Shown piece after piece: positions 61,101-64,000 of a DNA stretch of 64,000 bases. The DNA is from Verrucomicrobiota bacterium. Lineage in GTDB: Bacteria; Verrucomicrobiota; Verrucomicrobiia; Opitutales; Seribacteraceae. Within the stretch, counting starts at the first letter, position 1; the number at the start of each line of letters is the position of its first letter. The notes under the pieces are model-generated. The model worked only from the letters and a program-made list of their open reading frames with translations. It had not been told where the DNA came from and did not search any database. The position numbers and the translations under genes are program-made. The stretch lies in contig JAQBYT010000007.1 of NCBI GenBank assembly GCA_027622665.1, positions 1-64,000 on the forward strand. Direction: 5' to 3'.

Positions 61101-64000
61101 TGATGGTCAGATTGGCGCCCTCAACGGCAACGGGGAAACCGGCGACGGAAATTCAAGTGCTTGGGCATCCGCCGTGGAAATCACCTCGCGACAAAACCTA
61201 GGAGTCGGTTTTCCGAAGGAATGGCGGTTCAGTTACCGTAATGTGCCCTCGGGCGGGGGTGAGGCCACCGTGCGCATCGCTTTGCGGGAGGCTTCCTCGT
61301 CAACCGACCTGACGCTCAACGAAGAGGAGGGTCACTTCCGCATCCTAGACCGAAAGGTGAAGACTAGCGGTCCCAGTCATCGACTCTTCGTGACTTGGCC
61401 ACAACAGGACGGTGAGAAGGTCGGGCAGGATTACCTCATGAAAACCTACCTCAGTTCAGGACTCGTCGACGGGCGGAGCGATGCGGAGGTAATCGCCAAC
61501 TTAACCGTCAGCATCGACGACTCCGTAACCCAAGAGGCTCCCTATGCTCCCGCCGTAGCCCAAGACATTTCGAGCGCATGGGTGGAGCGAAACGTGACTC
61601 CTGGTTTGGCAGCCCTCGCCTACAAACTTCCCATTTTGCGGAATCCTGCCGGGGCTCCGGACGATTTCAGGCAGACCATTATCGTGGACTACCAGGATTC
61701 CGTGGCGGGCGTCGATCTGCGCACCATCCGCACCGTCGCCACGGATTTCGTAAGTCACGGATCAGCCAACCCCATCCTCACGGTCAACGGGGTTCCCGCC
61801 GACTACACCACGACCAACTTTTTCGTGGATGAGGTTAAGGGAGACGAGGAAACCTTGGAGATTGTTCTCGAGGCTCCCCATGTAATAGTGGCGGAAGTCT
61901 ACACCAACCTGAACAACCGTGATCTCGCTACGGGTGACTCGAACGAAGACGGCATCGAGGACGGTATTCAGCCACCGAACCGCAATTCAGTTTCTCTGGA
62001 TAATAACGCCGGTTACTATAAAGTCCATGCCATGACCCTCGATCCCGCTCGCGGTGAGGCTGGCGCTTGGGTTTGCCAATTGAAGGCCCGCAAGACGGGA
62101 GCCTACCGTTTGACCGCCCGCTTCAAGCTGAAGGACGATGCCGATGTCTGGCACTGGTACACGAGTGAAGGGCGTCGCGATCATGCGGTCGTTGTTACTC
62201 CGAAGGCGGCCCGCGAGGCCATCATGTACGAACTGAACCCTCTCTCTGTCGATGCGACAGGAGACACCTTCGCGACCCGAAGCACCTTCGAGGACCTGCA
62301 CGACGAGAATCGATGGAACCTCGAATACCTGAAGGGAATTGGCGCAAATTGGCTCTGGTTCCAGCCCATCCACCCCCGTGGGATTGACGGACGTGAAATC
62401 GTGAACGGTCAACCCTATGACCCCGGCAGTCCCTACGCGGTAAAGAACTTCTTCGAGGTGATGCCACAACTGAGCGAGGCAAACACTAGACCCGCCGCCA
62501 TGCAGGCCTTTCAGGATTTCGTGATGGCGGCCGACTCCGAGGGAATCGGTGTCATGGTTGATGCTCCCTTCAATCATGTTGCGTGGGATGCGGAACTGGA
62601 TGAAGAGGGTGTAGCAATCTTCGAAACGGGCGTCCCGGACGACGAAATCCGCAAGACGCTTCCTGGATTCTTTTCCCGTAAAGACGACTATGGCCTACCC
62701 GCACGCGACGAAAACGAAATCGCCACGGCTCCCGACCGCGACGACTTCGGTAAGTGGGAGGACGTCAAGGATGTCTACTTTGGTAACTACTCGGCCCTCG
62801 TCCGGGGTAATGACCCCGCCGAACGTAACCCCCATCAGAATGAGGAGGATGTCTTCGACTACGCCGGCGAAGGCTGGAACGACCAGACCCGGAGGACTTG
62901 GAGGTACTTCGCCTCCTATGTTCCCTACTGGTTGGAGAAGACGGGCCTGCCCGCAGGACAGCCAGCCAGCGTTCAAGCCCAAACGGGTATCGATGGCCTG
63001 CGGGCTGACTTCGGTCAAGGCCTTCCTCCCCAGCTCTGGGAGTACGTTATCAATGTGGCTCGCTCCCGCAAGTGGAGCTTCGTCTTCATGTCGGAGGCGC
63101 TGGACGGCGGGGCAGTCACCTACCGCTCGAGTCGGCATTTCGACGTATTGAACGAAAATCTTGTCTTTGCTCAGCAGTCTTTGACAACGCCGGATGGCTA
63201 TCGCTCGGCTTTCGAAAACAGGCGTTCGGCCTATGGACAGAGCCTCCTGTTGCTCAATAATGTTTCTCACGACGAGGAAAACTACCAAGACCCGTGGCAG
63301 GCTTTCATCCGCTACGCCTCTTCCAGTGTCAACGATGGTGTCCCTATGCTTTTTATGGGTCAGGAATTGGGCATCTCTCGGACTTACGGTTTTACCCACT
63401 ACGAAACCAATATGGGCAAGCAGATACCCCACTTCAAGATTCATAACTCGATGCAACCCATCTGGGACAACGGGGACTTTGGGTTAGACCAACTTTACAA
63501 AGCTTACGCGAGTATAGGGCGTGCGCGTTCGGCTAGTCCCGCCCTGAGCTCCTCTTATCGCTATTTCCTTAACGAAATAATCACCAATGCGCCGCACGAT
63601 AAAATCAACGCAACTGCTAAGTGGGAGAACTCCGTTTCCTCGCCCAGTACGTCCGACCTCGTCCTTGCCTTCGTTAATCTGGACCGCGACAATCAGCAGT
63701 CGGGTGCCTTCGACTTAAGTCCGAGTGGAGACGAGGCGCTCCTCGGTCTCGAGAAGGACCACCTTTACAATGTCTCCAATCTCGCCGCCTTTCAGACCGA
63801 GGCAAAGGATGTGTTCCTCTGGCCGCAGGCTCGTTCCGGACATGACTTGCTGGAGAACGGCATCTTCGTTCTCTTAAACCCGGTGCCCCCGGATGCAGGG
63901 GGTTGGACAAATGCTCCCTACGAGGCCCAGTTCCTGAAGGTGCACGACCTTTCCGTTCCCCTGCTTGAAATGAACGCTAGTACAGGAGGGAGCACCAAAG
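58174..64000 (+). CDS. Giant secreted alpha-amylase-family protein with two GH13 catalytic domains, 3'-truncated by the window
   Basis: Translated by hand; absent from the track. TTG 58174 with signal peptide. Domain 1: YFDNIMNH, GLRLDAVKH, FGEH, QSHD. Domain 2: DAPFNH, GLRADFGQG, MSEALD, VSHDE. All sampled segments are in one frame. Confidence 0.9.
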   Translation, partial: MNKTSNSWIRRLIVVLACASTLIPRLSFGEAMLQYFNTSWAEITNRMPELAEAGYSSLWLPPPTKGSGRLSVGYDLWDPFDLGGREQRGTFQTRYGTEAELHRLIEMAHRFGIRVYFDNIMNHRAFDVPGYNEHAPEDLYPGMRPEDFHIRRTSDGLYRKWDNVREWWSEWQVQNLGLSDLIDIAAEPGTTNRNFGDREGATAEKIKFLRHPDNPEFYCYDANGSYVGFGQDNGLTVEYLAQNEAFYSEYVEVYLNRAARWLLDRTKADGLRLDAVKHIPADFFGATFGADRDRSNYGYLGQAQEQFNLTRGFSDWDNHRDTVFDTERPRDDAMMFGEHLGSPPAVDDYINAGMRLLDNDLRHHLNSQLGNPFGTLAGMDASGSHGFAPGSSVMHAQSHDSDYAARRELQHALYLTRGGIGIIYSDGNHKAGILKESGGAFPRHANTNFLGQFGDNRIPNLLYFHEHFVRGFQVGRWSDGDVVVYERVDKRDNPGMSDAAGTVGLVMINDNYSSGQARGFTTGFLAEGGTDNDVYLYNYSSYGGGFFKYASQLNQVVIPAGGYFLFSWRSPEPSDLWGLAGGHPLSILQDGEEVETISVRRTDGPDGDPAFNPYGVSDANQTDFSYLWKIPRVTSGKNLKFVVRADGSAENMLLNIDGGIDVNGNGKRDNPPAFSSDVYLGFEQMDFVGRQGPEKFAAGDTSRNMIGSAGAETYWWSADNGSFFTVNGGSGDDSYEDETAHWAYHAPEQNNDQGEKQFKVAESSATVWVKVGYNLEVNQARLYHVIDGSNPEGAGGGGIGTTQVTSFAFSHSDGQEPTVDWWKATVPLPDSGIFKYKIGVYRNELNGASLASVFPKNESAVALKKKMLTSFEIDGFDAEAIEYYPHRDYGDKVTGLKEGFHFVKARAFLSRLGEASIYNTFSRTLYYDTKRPEGTVNFPGRDGEELFGSEYGFVVRTDSSVTEVLFHIDDDDPTNDDGQIGALNGNGETGDGNSSAWASAVEITSRQNLGVGFPKEWRFSYRNVPSGGGEATVRIALREASSSTDLTLNEEEGHFRILDRKVKTSGPSHRLFVTWPQQDGEKVGQDYLMKTYLSSGLVDGRSDAEVIANLTVSIDDSVTQEAPYAPAVAQDISSAWVERNVTPGLAALAYKLPILRNPAGAPDDFRQTIIVDYQDSVAGVDLRTIRTVATDFVSHGSANPILTVNGVPADYTTTNFFVDEVKGDEETLEIVLEAPHVIVAEVYTNLNNRDLATGDSNEDGIEDGIQPPNRNSVSLDNNAGYYKVHAMTLDPARGEAGAWVCQLKARKTGAYRLTARFKLKDDADVWHWYTSEGRRDHAVVVTPKAAREAIMYELNPLSVDATGDTFATRSTFEDLHDENRWNLEYLKGIGANWLWFQPIHPRGIDGREIVNGQPYDPGSPYAVKNFFEVMPQLSEANTRPAAMQAFQDFVMAADSEGIGVMVDAPFNHVAWDAELDEEGVAIFETGVPDDEIRKTLPGFFSRKDDYGLPARDENEIATAPDRDDFGKWEDVKDVYFGNYSALVRGNDPAERNPHQNEEDVFDYAGEGWNDQTRRTWRYFASYVPYWLEKTGLPAGQPASVQAQTGIDGLRADFGQGLPPQLWEYVINVARSRKWSFVFMSEALDGGAVTYRSSRHFDVLNENLVFAQQSLTTPDGYRSAFENRRSAYGQSLLLLNNVSHDEENYQDPWQAFIRYASSSVNDGVPMLFMGQELGISRTYGFTHYETNMGKQIPHFKIHNSMQPIWDNGDFGLDQLYKAYASIGRARSASPALSSSYRYFLNEIITNAPHDKINATAKWENSVSSPSTSDLVLAFVNLDRDNQQSGAFDLSPSGDEALLGLEKDHLYNVSNLAAFQTEAKDVFLWPQARSGHDLLENGIFVLLNPVPPDAGGWTNAPYEAQFLKVHDLSVPLLEMNASTGGSTK

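Noticed and set aside
58351..63910. Many short track ORFs in the last 6 kb
   Set aside because: Alternative-frame or antisense shadows of the single large GH13 ORF.

Overview
Gene-dense 64 kb bacterial segment. Gene content points to a PVC-superphylum organism, most likely a marine Verrucomicrobiota (Opitutales-like); this is inferred from the DUF1553/DUF1501 pair, PQQ-like propellers, pseudopilin cassette and Trp-rich protein tails. Housekeeping genes include ribE, a family-4 UDG, thiN, a DinG-family helicase, murJ, menA, trxA, lptD, glgB, nusB-ribH-ribB(A), hflKC and typA. I saw no rRNA, tRNA, CRISPR array, transposase or integrase. Highlights: (1) a tight four-gene operon, VTC-domain polyphosphate polymerase - DUF4956 membrane protein - HlyD-type adaptor - TolC, with no ABC/RND pump, a candidate polyP synthesis-and-export machine; (2) an unnamed ~100-aa Trp/Gly/Tyr-rich C-terminal module on four unrelated genes, a candidate surface-sorting or anchoring tag; (3) a >1900-aa secreted protein with two complete GH13 catalytic domains that the ORF track missed because it runs off the window end; (4) a cluster of GTCATTGC/GCAATGAC palindromic repeats, one of which supplies the start codon of an orphan tail gene; (5) three frameshifted or nonsense-disrupted genes between 31.5 and 43.3 kb. 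All family assignments come from motif recognition, not database searches.
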